Notes: generated by a model from the letters alone, not told the origin. A stretch of DNA of 64,000 nt from an uncultured Spirochaetota bacterium (GCA_963734495.1 CAVTHK010000013.1:480001-544000); one strand, 5' to 3'; positions 1 to 11,625 are shown, counted from the stretch's first letter. Numbers and translations: made by a program.

Positions 1-888
1 GCTCGCGCGGTACAGCATGAAGTGGTGCGGGCAGGTCATGGGCCGCAGGACGAGCTCCTCGCCTTCGAGGCCGATCGGCGGGAACATCGCCGCGGCGTAG
101 TGAGCGAGGTGCCCGGAGGTCTCGTAGAGCTCGCGGCGGCCGAGGGCCGGGGTGTAGACGATCTCGTACCCGCGGGCGATCTCCTCGTCCACGATGAAGC
201 GTTCGAGGACGCGGCGGATGACCGCGCCGCGCGGAAGGAGCATCGGGAGCCCGCGGCCCACTTCGTCCGAGATCACGAAGAGGCCGAGCTCCTTTCCGAT
301 CGTGCGGTGGTCTCGCTTCTCCGCGTCGGCAGCGCGCCTGCAGTGATCCGCCAGCTCCGCCGCCGAAGCGAACGCCGCGCCCGCGATGCGGGTCAGCATC
401 GGGCGGCTCTCGTCGCCCATCCAGTACGCGCCGCTCACCGCCTCGAGGCGGAACACGGCGCCGGGCGCCAGCGCGGCGGCCGGCGGACGGTGCGCGAGCA
501 TCGGGATCCCGCCGATGCGGACGAGCGTCTCGTCTGCGAACCCGCCGCGCTCCAGCTCCTCGCGGACGAGCGGCTCCGCGGCGGCGAAATCGAGCGCCTC
601 TTCGGCGGAGAGCCGCGTCATCTCCACGGGCGACGCGTCCAGGAGCCGGCGCATCGCGGCCTCGAGCGCGGGCAGCCGGTCGGTTCCGAGGCGTGAGGGC
701 AGCATAAAGTCGTGGTAGAAGCCCGTGCCCGTCGTCCCGCAGGAGCCGAGCACGGCTCCCGGGATCACCTCCCTGACGGCTGCCGCGAGCGCGGCGCAGA
801 GGAGACGGCGCTGACCTTCGAGAGCCTCGGTGAGGTCGAAGGCCGGCGCCCCGGCCCGCGCGGACGCGGGCGAAGAGGCGTGGACCAT
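1..888 (-). CDS. thrS: Threonyl-tRNA synthetase, 5' part (runs off the window); no TGS domain, degenerate editing domain
   Basis: Manual minus-strand translation from ATG at 888 (GGAGGAGG upstream) gives GFYHDF, SGAYWMGD, KRDHRTIGKELGLF, LYETSGH, LRPMTCPHH, all ThrRS motifs. Absent from the ORF track because it has no stop in the window. Confidence 0.93.
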   Translation of the reverse strand, partial: MVHASSPASARAGAPAFDLTEALEGQRRLLCAALAAAVREVIPGAVLGSCGTTGTGFYHDFMLPSRLGTDRLPALEAAMRRLLDASPVEMTRLSAEEALDFAAAEPLVREELERGGFADETLVRIGGIPMLAHRPPAAALAPGAVFRLEAVSGAYWMGDESRPMLTRIAGAAFASAAELADHCRRAADAEKRDHRTIGKELGLFVISDEVGRGLPMLLPRGAVIRRVLERFIVDEEIARGYEIVYTPALGRRELYETSGHLAHYAAAMFPPIGLEGEELVLRPMTCPHHFMLYRAS

Positions 889-953
889 GAGCCCTCCTCC
901 CTGGAATGCGGCCCGCGCATGCGCGCAGGCCTTCCGCGGCTCAATGGCCGCGG

Positions 954-993
954 AAAACAAAAAAGCCCAGAGGTGCTCGTTCACCCCTGGGCT
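954..993 (-). terminator. Intrinsic terminator (attenuator) upstream of thrS
   Basis: Minus-strand RNA AGCCCAGGGGUG-aacgag-CACCUCUGGGCU followed by UUUUUGUUUU; 12-bp stem with one G-U pair. Confidence 0.88.
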
Positions 994-1015
994 CGATCGC
1001 CTCGCGAACCGGCTG

Positions 1016-1117
1016 TCACGACCGCGCTGCTGGTCGCCTCCGCCGGCGGACGGATCGAGCCCCGTGGCGCATCGTCGTCGTCGTGTTCACGAAATTGCGC
1101 GGCTCGGTCCGGTCCAC
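1016..1117 (-). CDS. Thr-rich leader peptide (M)DRTEPRNFVNTTTTMRHGARSVRRRRRPAARS
   Basis: GTG at 1117 (alternative GTG at 1090), four consecutive ACG codons at 1073-1084, TGA at 1016-1018, directly before the terminator hairpin. Confidence 0.8.
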   Translation of the reverse strand: MDRTEPRNFVNTTTTMRHGARSVRRRRRPAARS

Positions 1118-1123
1118 GATGGG

Positions 1124-1152
1124 AAATTAGCACTTTGCGGCGGGCGGGTCAA
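1124..1152 (-). promoter_or_regulatory. Sigma70-type promoter for the thrS leader
   Basis: TTGACC-17 nt-TAATTT with a TGn extended -10; the predicted start site falls at about the GTG at 1117. Confidence 0.7.
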
Positions 1153-1222
1153 CGCGCCGCTGAACCATTTCTGGGCACTGGCCGTTGTAGCGGGGGCGCG
1201 TCCGAGGCTATAAATGCGATTG

Positions 1223-3573
1223 ATGGCTGAGGCCTTGTCGTTCTTCGCCCCCGCTCCGCGGCACGCCGAAGATCTCCTCGCGGCGGAGCTGGAGTCGCTC
1301 GGCGCCTCCGGCCTGCACGAGCACCCCGCGGGCGTCGCCTTCGCGGGGCCGCTGGAGGTCGGCTACCGCGCCTGCCTCTGGTCCCGGATCGCCACGCGCG
1401 TGCTGCTGCCGCTCGCCGAGTTTCCCGCCACCACGGCGGACCACGTGCGCGCCGGCGCCAAGGCGATCCCGTGGGAGCGGCACATGGGGGTGGACTCGAC
1501 CTTTGCCGTGAGCTGCACCCTCGCCGACTCGCCGATCCGCCACTCCCACTACGGCGCCCTGCTCGTCAAGGACGGAGTGGCCGATCGCTTCCGCGAGCTC
1601 ACTTTCCAGAGGCCCTCGGTCGACACCGCTCGGCCTTCGATCCGGCTGCACGTGCACCTCAGCCGCGACCACGCGAGCGTGAGCCTCGATCTGTCCGGCG
1701 AGAGCCTGCACCGGCGCGGCTACCGCACGGGCCAGGGCGCGGCGCCGCTCAAGGAGAACGTCGCGGCCGCGATGCTGCTGCGCGCCCGCTGGCCCGAGAT
1801 CGCGGCGGCCGGCGGCTCGTTCCTCGACCCGATGTGCGGGTCGGGAACGCTGGTGATCGAGGCCGCGCTGATGGCGCTCGACGCCGCGCCCGGGCTGACC
1901 CGCGGCGCCTTCGGGTTCCTCGGCTGGAAGGCTCACGATGCGGCGCTCTGGCGGCGGCTCACGGAGGAGGCCTGGGCGCGCAGGCGGCGAAACGCCGGAT
2001 GCACGCTCCTCGGCTGCGACGCGGACGCCTCGGTCATCGGCAAGGCGAAGGCGAACGCGCTGGCGGCGGGGCTCGCCGGCGTGGTGCGTTTCGAGCAGCG
2101 CAGGCTGAGCGAATGCGTGCCCCCGACGGCTCCCGCGGGACTGGTCGCCGTCAATCCGCCCTATGGTCACCGCCTCGGCGACGCCGCCTCCCTCGTGCCG
2201 TTGTACGAGGCGCTGGGACGCGTGCTCCGCGAGCGATTCGCCGGGTGGAAGCTCGCGCTGCTCACCGCGGACCCGAAGCTCTCGTGGTCCACGGGCCTGC
2301 GCGCCGTGCGCGTCAACAAGCTGTACAACGGGCCGATCCCCTGCGAGGTCACGCACTTCGACCTCGGCGCCCAGGAGCCGGAGGGAGCCGGAGCCTCCGC
2401 CGCTTCCTGCCGCTCCGCCGCCTGCGCCTGCGCCCGCGCCCGCGCAGCCGGAGCAGCCGCCCGAGCCGCCGCCTCCCTCCCCCTACGCCGTGCGCAAGGC
2501 TGCGCGCGAGGCCGAGCGCGAGGCGCCTCCGAGGCCCGAAGCGGAGATCGCCGCCGAAGAGAAGGCCACGCTCGAGAACCGCCTGCGCAAGAACCTGCGC
2601 CGGCTCAAGGACTGGGCGCGCGAGGAGCAGGTGCGCTGCTACCGCGTCTACGACGCCGACCTCCCGCAGTACGCCGTGGCCATCGACTTCTACGAAGGGA
2701 AGTGGGCGCACGTGCAGGAGTACTCGCCGCCGGCCGTCGTGGACGAGGAGCGCGCGGCGCGGCAGGCTGCGCGACGTGGCCGAGGCCGTGCCGGCGGCGC
2801 TGGGCATCCCGCCCGAAGCGGTCTTCATCAAGGAGCGGCGCAAGCAGAAGGCCGGCGATCAATACGAGCGCCTCGACGACCGCGGAGAGCGGCACGAGGT
2901 GCGCGAGGGCGGCCTTCGTTTTCTCGTCAACTTCACCGACTACCTGGACACCGGCCTGTTTCTCGACCACCGCATCACGCGCCGCATGATCGGCGACCTC
3001 GCGCCGGGCTGCGCCTTCCTCAACCTCTTCTGCTACACGGCGTCGGCCACCGTGTACGCGGCGTGGGGCGGCGCCCTGCGCACGGTCTCGGTGGACACCT
3101 CGAACACCTACCTCGCGTGGGCCGGGGAGAATCTCGCGCTCAACGGGTTCACGGGCGAGCGCCACCGGCTCGTGCGCGCCGACGCCCGCGACTTCCTCGC
3201 GTCCGACAAAGGACGCTACGGCCTCGTCTTCATCGACCCGCCGACCTTTTCCAACTCCAAGGGGGACCGCGAGAACTTCTCGGTGCAGCGCGACCACGCG
3301 GAGATGATCCGCGCGGCCGTCGATCGGCTGGACAGCGACGGGGTCGTGGTGTTCTCGAACAACTTTCGGAAATTCAAGCTTGATGAAGAAGGCCTGGCCG
3401 GCCTCGAAGTCACCGACGTTTCGAAACAGACGATCCCCCGCGACTTCACCCGCAACGCGCGGATCCACCGCTGCTGGATCATCAGGCGTCCGCCGGCCGG
3501 CGCGCGCAAAGCCGCCGCGCGCGCCCGCGAGACCCACGCACCGCGGCGGAGGCGCGTCCGTGAGGACTCTTGA
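1223..3573 (+). CDS. rlmKL: Bifunctional 23S rRNA methyltransferase RlmKL (two frameshifts, ~2380 and ~2760)
   Basis: THUMP/RlmL motifs SLHRRGYR, APLKENVAAA, DPMCGSGT, NPPYG; RlmK motifs YRVYDADLP, DYLDTGLFLDHR, NLFCYT, FIDPPTFSNSK spread over three frames. Confidence 0.92.
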
Positions 3574-6435
3574 GCCGGGCTTCTACCCTTTCTGGTTCTG
3601 GAACGCCGGCCTGGATGAAGGCGAGATCCGCCGCCAGATCGGCGAGATGGCCGCGCAGGGCATCAAGGGCTTCTTTATCCACAGCCGGCAGGGCCTCGAG
3701 GTGCCGTATCTCTCGGAGGCCTTCTTCCGCCTCGTCGCCGTTGCGGTCGACGAGGCCCGCAAGCGCGGCCTGGTCGCCAATCTCTACGACGAGTACCCCT
3801 ACCCGAGCGGCGTGGCGGGAGGCGAGGTCGTCCTCGGCGCTCCCGGGTTCCAGGCCACGGCTCTCGTCCACGACCGGCACGAGACCGCGGGCGGCCGCGT
3901 GCGCCTGGCGCTGCCGCGCGGCCAGGTCCTCTGCTGCATCGCCTGCCCGGTCCGCGACGGGCAGACCGACTGGGGCGCGGCGATCGACTGCCGCGACTCC
4001 GTCGGCATGGTGCTCGCGGAGCAGTCCTACGTGGAGACGGGACTCACGGCGTACAACCGCAAGCGCTTCTTCGCGAGCTCACCGACGCCGACGCTGGACG
4101 TCACGCTTCCCGACGGGAATTGGCTGATCCACGCGTGCTGCCAGGTGCTCGTCACCCATCACAAGTACTGGGGAGCGTACGTCGACGCGCTTGAACGAAC
4201 GGGCCGATCGCGCGCTTCATCGAGCTCACGCACGAGCGTTACGCGCGCCGATTCGCCGGGGAGATGGGCGAGACCATCCGCGCGATCTTCGTGGACGAGA
4301 CCGCGCCCTCCTGGACGCCCGACCTCCCTCGCCTCTTCCGCGAGCGGTACGGATACGACCTGCTTCCGCTGCTGCCCGCGCTGGAGGCGGAGGATCATCC
4401 GCGGCACGTGCAGGTCACCGCGGACTTCGAGCGGCTGCGCCACGACCTCTTCCGCCGGTCCTTCGACGAGCCGCTGGCTGCCTGGTGCCGGGAGCACGGC
4501 ATCGCCTGGCTCGGCGAGAAGCCGAGCTACCGCCTCTCCGAGCTCCGCTTCATGGACGTGCCGGGCTGCGACGTCGGCCACACCAAGGCCGGCGCCCCGA
4601 CCGACATGCTGCGCTCGCGCCTGCGCTGGCAACGCCGCGCGACGGCCTCGGCCGCCTACTTCTACGGCAAGCCGCGCTCGCTGTGCGAGTGCTTCCACAG
4701 CCTCGGGTGGGGGGCGACGATGCAGGACGCGCGCCTCATCGTGGACGAGCTGCTGCTGCAGGGCATCGACGTCCTGGTGCCCCACGCGTTCTTCTACTCG
4801 ACCCACGGCCTGCGGAAGCACGACGCGCCGCCGAGCTTCTTCTTCCAGATGCCGTGGTGGAAGCTGTGGCACCTGCTCTCGCGGCGCTTCGACGCGATCG
4901 CGGGCGCGTTCGCGGGGACGTGGATCGACGCGGCCGTGCTCGTCGTGGACCCCGGGCCCGGCGTGCCGACGGCCCGCGGCAGGGAGGTCTACGAGCGGCT
5001 GATGGCAGCGCTCGGGCGAGGCGCATGTCGACTTCGCCGTCGTGGACACCGACATCCTGCAGGCAGTGCCGGATCGAAGGCGGAAGGATCAAGGTGAAGG
5101 ACCTCGCGGCGGCCGCGGTCCTCGCTGCCGCCCATGCGGTACGTGGAGAAGGAGCTGGAGTCGTGCCTCCGCGGCCTGGAGCAGGCCGGGGGGCGGGTCG
5201 ATGCGGATCGGCGAGGACCCCGACTGGGACGCGCTGCTCGCTCGAAGCACAGCGGTGGCGCGCCCGCTCGGCCTGCGGACCGAGGAGCGGCGACGCTTCG
5301 CGAGTGCGGGTGGTGAGCCGAACGGACGGCCGCGGCGGCTCTGCTTTCTGCTGAACTCGTCCGGCGACCCGGTGACGGTCGCGCTGCGGACGACGGCGAG
5401 CTGGCCGAGCTGCCTCTCGAGGCGGACGCCCCGCCCTGCTGGAGCGCTCGGGCGGCGGCTTTGCCCGCAGGCTCGGCCCCTTCGAGGCGGCTCTGCTCGA
5501 AAGCGGCGGAGGCGGCGCGCGTCGCGATGCTGCCGCCCCGCCCGCCGGGCTCGCGCTCCGCCTCGAGGGTGCCGCGACGGTGCGCCTCCTCGGGCGGAAC
5601 CTGCTGCGCATGGCGCGCTGGGAGCTGACGCTCTCGGGCCGGCCGGGCGGCGGGCAGGCCGCGGCCGCGGTCGTCTCCGCCGCCCCGATCGCGAACCAGA
5701 TCGCCGAAGGCCGGCTCGCCTTCGCGCCCGACGTTCGCAGCTTCTTCGGCCACGAGCCGGAGCTGCTGCTCCCCGAGCTGACGCGCCGAGTACGCCTTCA
5801 CTTCGAGAATTCGTACGCGGGGGCCGTCGAGCTTGTCATGGAGCCGGACTCGATCCGCGGGGAGGCGCGCGTGCGGGTCAACGGCGGCCGGCCACGCGTT
5901 CCGGACGACTTCAGGCCGACGGACGCGCACGTGCCCGGCTGCATCGGGGTGGACGTGACTGCTGACCTGGTGCCTGGCGCGAACCGCGTCACCGTCGAGG
6001 TCGTCACCAACCGGCTGGACGGCGGGCTCCTCAACCCGCTGTACCTGGCTGGGGATTTCGGCGTGAGCCTCGAGCCGCTCGCGCTCCGCGCGCCCACCGC
6101 CGGCGGCCTCTTCGAGGACTACGATGCAAATTTCGCACCTTTCTATTCGGGGACCGTCGAATACGGGATGGAGGCGACCCTGCGCGGCGTTCCTCGCGGG
6201 GGGAACGTGCTCCTGGAGCTGGCGCTGCCGCGGCACTTCGAGGAGGCCTGCGAGGTCTCGCTGAACGGACACCCCTTCCGGCCGGCCCCCTGGTCACCGT
6301 ACCGGATCGTGGTTCCGGCTGCCGAGATCAGCAACGGCGCCAATCGACGTCCGCGTGCGCGTGCTCACCACGCTGGCCCGCGCCTTCGACGGCACCCGCT
6401 TCGACGCGGCCGCTCACCGCTACGTTCCCGTCTGA
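3560..6435 (+). CDS. Large glycoside hydrolase, GH106/alpha-L-rhamnosidase-like (multiple frameshifts)
   Basis: PFWFWN, GFFIHSRQGL, LYDEYPYPSGVAGG, IFVDE, PHAFFYSTHGLRKHDAPPS motifs across several frames; C-terminal beta-sandwich-like region. Confidence 0.7.
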
Positions 6436-6469
6436 AGGCGCCGTTGCCCGTCAGGCCGCGAACAGCAGG

Positions 6470-7350
6470 CTACCGCCTGCGCTTGCGCGCCTCCTCGTGC
6501 AGCCACGCGTTCTCGGCGCCCGCGACGTCGCCGAAGCGCGTCAGCTTGGCGCGCGCCTTCTTCTTCATCAATTCCTCGTAGCGCCCGTCCTCGACCAGGG
6601 CCACCACGCGGGCGATGCTCGACTCTCCGTCCACGAACCGCCAGGGGAAACATCCGATCAGGGCGCGCTGGTTGAGCAGGAGGTCCATGTCGCCGCCGGC
6701 GCACTCGACGTGGATGATCCCGTGGTCGAACATCTCGATGTGCATGAGCTGGTACTTGTCCGCGCGTGAAGATCTCGTCCAGCCCCTTGCCGTACTTCGA
6801 GCGCATGTGCGCGTCGCACTCCCTGGCCTGCACGGGCATCCACTCGCGGATCTTGGTGTTCATCGGGTGATCGCCGCTGCCGCAGTCGACGGCGAGCCAG
6901 CGCAGCTTCTTGCGCTTGCACCACTCGGCGAACTCGCGGTCGGGCCCCGGGTGCTTGATCATGTAGCGGATCTCGTCGGCCGTCGGCTGGTCCCAGCCGT
7001 AGTGATGGAAGCCCGTGTGGATGATCAGGATGTCGCCGTCTTTGACCTCGACGCGCTCCTCCACCATCTTCGGAGGTGTAGACGTCGTAGTCGCCCACGA
7101 CGTCGGACAGGTCGACGATCGCCCCCTCGTGGACGAGGAAGTCCATGTCGAGGCTCGCGATGTCCTTGCCCGGAGTGTAGAAGTGAATCTCGCCGTCGAG
7201 GTGCGTGCCCACGTGGTTCGAGTGGGTCACGACCTGGCCGTTGGCGCCGTTGGGCGCGAGGCGCTTGAAGTACTGCACCTGCAGCGGAATGTAGGTCGGC
7301 CAGGGCGGGGTTCCGATGCCGAGCGGGATCGAGAGATCGATGGCTTTCAC
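6470..7350 (-). CDS. Cyclase family (kynurenine formamidase-like) metallohydrolase (frameshifted)
   Basis: DLSIP, HVGTHLDGEIHF, GDILIIHTG, DCGSGDHP, FPWRFVDGESSIARVVA across three ORFs. Confidence 0.85.
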
Positions 7351-7404
7351 GATAGCCCTCCTCTGCTGTGATGCGGGTCAGGGCGCCGTGCGCCCTGATG
7401 CCCG

Positions 7405-8827
7405 CTACCTTCCGTACTTTTCCACAAACGCCGCGAAGGCGTCCCCGAAGCACTTGACCGGCGGCTTGACGAGGCCGGCGCCGACCATCCCTATGCCCGG
7501 CTCCTTGTGCGCGATCCCGGTGTTGATGGCCGGGAGGATCCCCGTCTCGATGATCTTGAGAAGGTCTACGCCCGTCGGCGTTCCGCGGAAATCGAGGGCC
7601 GGGATCTGGTACGACTCGTTCTCCGCGGCCGTGATCTCGTACATGCGCAGCGTGGTGTTGACGGCGTCTGCCGGCGAGCCGCCGACGAACTTGACGATGG
7701 CGGGCGCCGCGGCCATCGCGAAGCCGCCGATCCCGGCGGTCTCCGTGATGACGGAGTCGCCGATGTCGGGCGCCGCGTCCTTTGCGCTGAATCCCGGCAG
7801 GTAGAGCCCCTCGACCATGGACGCGGGCCCGGTGAACCAGCGGTCGCCGAGCCCCGAAACGCGGATGCCGAAGTCGGTCCCGTTGCGCGCCATCGTCACC
7901 ACGATGGAGCTCCCCTCGATTCCCGCGGCGGGGTCCACGGTGGACTTGGCCGACGGCATCGAGAGGTTGAGGAAGAAGTGGTCGTTCCCGTTGATGAACC
8001 GGATCACGTCGCGCACGGTCTCCCGGCTCTCGTCGAGCATCACGAGGAACGGGGCGAGCTCGCGGAGGACGAGCGACGTGCCTGCCCGGTTCCTGTTGTG
8101 CCCCTCGTCGCCCATCTGCAGCACCTGGGCGATGACGTTCTTCATGTCCAGCGGCCCGTGCGCCTCGAGCGCCCGCGCGATCACCGGAGCGAGAACGCGC
8201 TCGATCCACCGCAGCCGTTCGATCACCTCGGGCGAATTGGCGCCGTAGCGCAGCACCTTGCCGAGCCCTTCGTTGAAGGTGCAGAAGGCGCGGTTGCCGA
8301 ACGCCGTGTTCTCCAGGATCCAGACAGGCATGCTCGCGGTCACCACCCCGGCCATGGGCCCCACCGCGGAATGGTGATGGCACGGCTCGAAGGTGATGTC
8401 GCCGGAGGCGGCCAGAGCTTCGGCTTCAGCGGCGTCGCGGGCCAGCCCTTCGTAGACGAGACCTCCGATGACGGCGCCGCGCATCGGACCGCACATCCGC
8501 TTCCAGGTCACGGGCGGGCCGGCATGGAGTACTGTCGTCTTGGTCATGCCCGGGACGGTGTTCAGAGCCGTGCCGACGCCCACCAGCGTCGGGACGGGCC
8601 GCCTGGATGCGGCGGACGGCTTCGGCGTTCGCGCGCCCGATGTCGAGCGCCGGGTTGGCCTCCAGGCGATCGAGCCGCGCGGCGAGCGACGGGTCCGCGG
8701 GCGGGGTCCAGGCGACCTGAACGGCGGGGACCCCCTGCTCGCGCAGGGACTGAGCGAAACCCTCGAGGCCGAGGTTGACTACCTTCAGCTCAGTTTTGAA
8801 CAGCTCGTCGATCCGGTTCGCGCTCAT
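7405..8827 (-). CDS. DUF1116 / YlbE (AllG)-like protein (frameshift ~8590)
   Basis: LHAGPP, PCHHHSAVGPMAG, NEGLGKVLRYGA, MGDEGHNRN, DIGDSVITE, INTGIAHKEPGIG. Confidence 0.88.
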
Positions 8828-10559
8828 CGGTTGCGCCCCCTGGCTGCCCCGCGGCTTCGCGCGGGCTTCGCCGCGCGCCGGCCGCGTGCCTGACGCCTTG
8901 CGGCTGGAACTCGCGGCTTTCCGCCCCCGCCGCGCGGGCGCTGCCGACGCCTTGCGGCTGGGACTCGCGCGCTTTCCGCCCTCGCCGCGCCAGGCGCTCC
9001 ATGATCCGCAGCGCCAGCCTCGCCGCCTGGAAATTTGACGGCATCACGACCACGCCGGCCGACTCGAGCCTGCTCTTCTGCGCGTCCAGCCCCTGGAAAT
9101 CGCCTGCGGTCCCTGTGACCGAGGCGATCACCGAAAGGTGGCCGCGGCGCCGAGCGAAGCGCGCCTTGGCTTCGGCGATCGGCCCGGCGATGGCGCCGGC
9201 CGGGTCTGCGTGCGAGCCGTAGCCCAGCACGAGGTCGAGCAGGACTGACCGCGACCTCCGGGTCCTCGGCCTCCTGAACCAAGCCGTTCCACCCGGATCG
9301 AGGGATCGATCATCGGGTGAGGCCTTCCCACTGTAAATTTGTCATCCCCGAGGTCGACGATCGTGTTCGCCTTCGACGCGCGCGGGTCAGCGAGGACGAA
9401 AGCGGGGTCCGTCTGATTGTTGGAGTAGACGCCGCCCGGCAGACCGCTGAGGACGATCATCGCCTCATCAGCCAGGGTTCCACCGGTGAACAGGCCCCGC
9501 AGCCACCGCTGACGTCTTCCCATCCTTCGCGTCTCGGCCGCCGCGATCGACTCGATCTCGGGCTCAGTCAGGGTGAAGGGCCCCCGCCGCCCGGCGCCGC
9601 GCCCGCGCTCGAGAGCCACTGCCATGACCGCGGTCTCCTCGAGGCTCGAGGCGAAGTGAACCGAATCCGGGCTCTCCGCGGCCGCAGGCGCCGGCATCCC
9701 GACGAAAGTGCACGACCGCAGGTTTGCCCGCGTCGACCAGCGCCGCGATCACCCTGGCAGCGACCGCAGGCGCGGGCGGTTTGGATACGACCGCGATCAC
9801 GCGCGTGCCCGCGTCGCGCGCGAGCGCCTCGATGCCGGCGAGCATGGTCATGCCGCCCACTCGTTCGTCCTTGAGGTCGCGGCCGCCGGTCCCGATCGCC
9901 TGCGAGACGCCCGCGCCGAGCTTCTCGATGCAGCAGGTGACCTCCTGCAGGCCGCTGCCGGCCGCCGCGACGACGCCGATCGCGCCGCGACGCACCACGT
10001 TCGCAAAACAGAGCGGCCTGCCGTTGATGATGGCCGTACCGCAGTCAGGCCCCATCATCAGCAGCCCGCGCTCACGGGCAAGCTTCTTGAGGCTGATCTC
10101 GTCCTCGAGGCCGACGTTGTCCGAGAAAAGCATGACGTGCAGACCGCGCAGCAGCGCCCGCCTCGCCTCCCGCGCGGCGTAGGCGCCGGGCAGCGAGATG
10201 ACCGCCACGTTGGCCCCGGGGAGCTCCTTGAGCGCGGCGTCGAGGCTCGCCGGCCTGTGCTCGCCGCTCTGAGCGCCCGCTCCGCCTCCCCTGTTCTGGA
10301 CGAGGCGCTGCGCTGCCTCGAGCGCCTCGTCCAGCGCTTGTGCCGTCGCGCCTTCGAGGGCGATGACCAGGTCGTTCGGGGTGGCCGCCGCGATCTCTGG
10401 CGCACGGTATCCCATGTCGCCCAGAAGCTGCTTGTTGGTGTCGGTGGCCATGGCGACGACCGCATCCGAGACGCCGTCGAGCTTTCTGGCCTCCTGACTG
10501 ATCAGCATCAGAAGCACGGAGTCGTAGTAGGAGTCCTTCCGCACGAGGACCTTTTTCAC
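8824..10559 (-). CDS. fdrA: FdrA (AllF)-like acyl-CoA synthetase family protein (frameshifts ~9700 and ~9250)
   Basis: YYDSVLLM, MLFSDNV, MMGPDCGTA, IGTGGRDL, GLFTGGTL, DLGDDKFTVGRPHPMIDP, GYGSHADPAG. Confidence 0.9.
8887..8990. repeat. Two ~49-bp tandem direct repeats in the fdrA 3' end
   Basis: GACGCCTTGCGGCTGG(A/G)ACTCGCG...GCTTTCCGCCC(C/T)CGCCGCGC at ~8887-8935 and ~8942-8990. Confidence 0.8.
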
Positions 10560-10743
10560 GGCATCACCTCACGACACGGAACGGCCTGAGCATTATGGCT
10601 GGAAACCGGCCACGCTTCAACGCATCGCCGGCACCCGCTTCCGCCCGCGGCGCCGCGCAAGGACGGCGGATCGCTGCCCCGGCCGGGCGCGCCGGGCGAC
10701 CGTCGGCTGCAAAATTCGCAATGCACGCCGGCCCGCGGGCGCG

Positions 10744-11586
10744 TTGACGAGGGTAGGGACGCGGCAAGGGGCAGGACCCCGGGAGGCGCAGCCGGTGTAT
10801 CGGCTTCACGAACTGCTGCGGGCGTTCGCCTGCCACCACGGCGAGATGCTCAACGCCAGCGCGATCGCGCGCACCCTGGGGACCACTCCTTTCCAGGTCG
10901 GCCGCCACATGCGCCGGCTCAAGGCTGCCGGCTATCTGCGGGCCCTGCCCGCCCTGCCAGAGCCCTGCCCCGCCGACATGATCCGCAAGCAGCGACTGTA
11001 CCTGAGGCCGCGAGGCTGGAAGCAGGCCTTTGTCAGGGCCGAGAATCCCGACGGCTGCGTGCGCGTGCCGATCCAGGGAGAGCTCGCCGCCCGAATCACC
11101 GATGGCGTGATCGAGCGGGAGAGCTCGCCGGGCCGCCGCCACCCCAGCAGCTTCCACTCCATGGGCCGTTACCGGCGTCGCGGCGTCGACCTCATCGTCA
11201 CGCGGCATTCGGGTCGCAGGATCGGCTTCTCCTTCGAGCCGCGCGGCACGGACCGGAACGCGTCACAGGCCGCCAGGGCCCTGCGCGAAGCGCTGCGGAA
11301 GCGCTGGATTCACGCAGCCATCCTGGTGACCTGCGAAGGGCTCCCCTGGGTGCGCGCCGGCGACGTGCTCAGCGTCCCGGGTCCACTCCTGCTGGCGCTG
11401 TACAGTCGCTGGACCTCGGACGCCGTGGCATCCGAGAACATGTACGACCTGCTGACGTGGATCAGGGACCAGATGGAGATCCTGATCGGCGGCTTCAGCG
11501 ACCCGCGCCGTCCGATGGGGCTGGACTTTCAATACGAAGCCCTCGATGATGACGAGTGGTTGCCCGAGGTGCTGCGTCCTCCGTGA
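10744..11586 (+). CDS. wHTH + DUF4143-like domain protein with no AAA ATPase part
   Basis: HHGEMLNASAIARTLG...YLRALP...KQRLYLR...GVDLIV resembles the C-terminal half of AAA_14/DUF4143 ATPases; no Walker A motif. Confidence 0.5.
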   Translation: MTRVGTRQGAGPREAQPVYRLHELLRAFACHHGEMLNASAIARTLGTTPFQVGRHMRRLKAAGYLRALPALPEPCPADMIRKQRLYLRPRGWKQAFVRAENPDGCVRVPIQGELAARITDGVIERESSPGRRHPSSFHSMGRYRRRGVDLIVTRHSGRRIGFSFEPRGTDRNASQAARALREALRKRWIHAAILVTCEGLPWVRAGDVLSVPGPLLLALYSRWTSDAVASENMYDLLTWIRDQMEILIGGFSDPRRPMGLDFQYEALDDDEWLPEVLRPP

Positions 11587-11625
11587 GATCACGCGCCGGC
11601 GGGCACCGCACGCGGCGCAGCTCGA

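Noticed and set aside
890-1150. T-box riboswitch upstream of thrS
   Set aside because: No GGTGG(N)ACC T-box consensus; the leader-peptide attenuator explains the structure.
22-1230. Plus-strand ORFs (224 aa, 172 aa and others)
   Set aside because: Antisense shadows of thrS and its leader in high-GC DNA.
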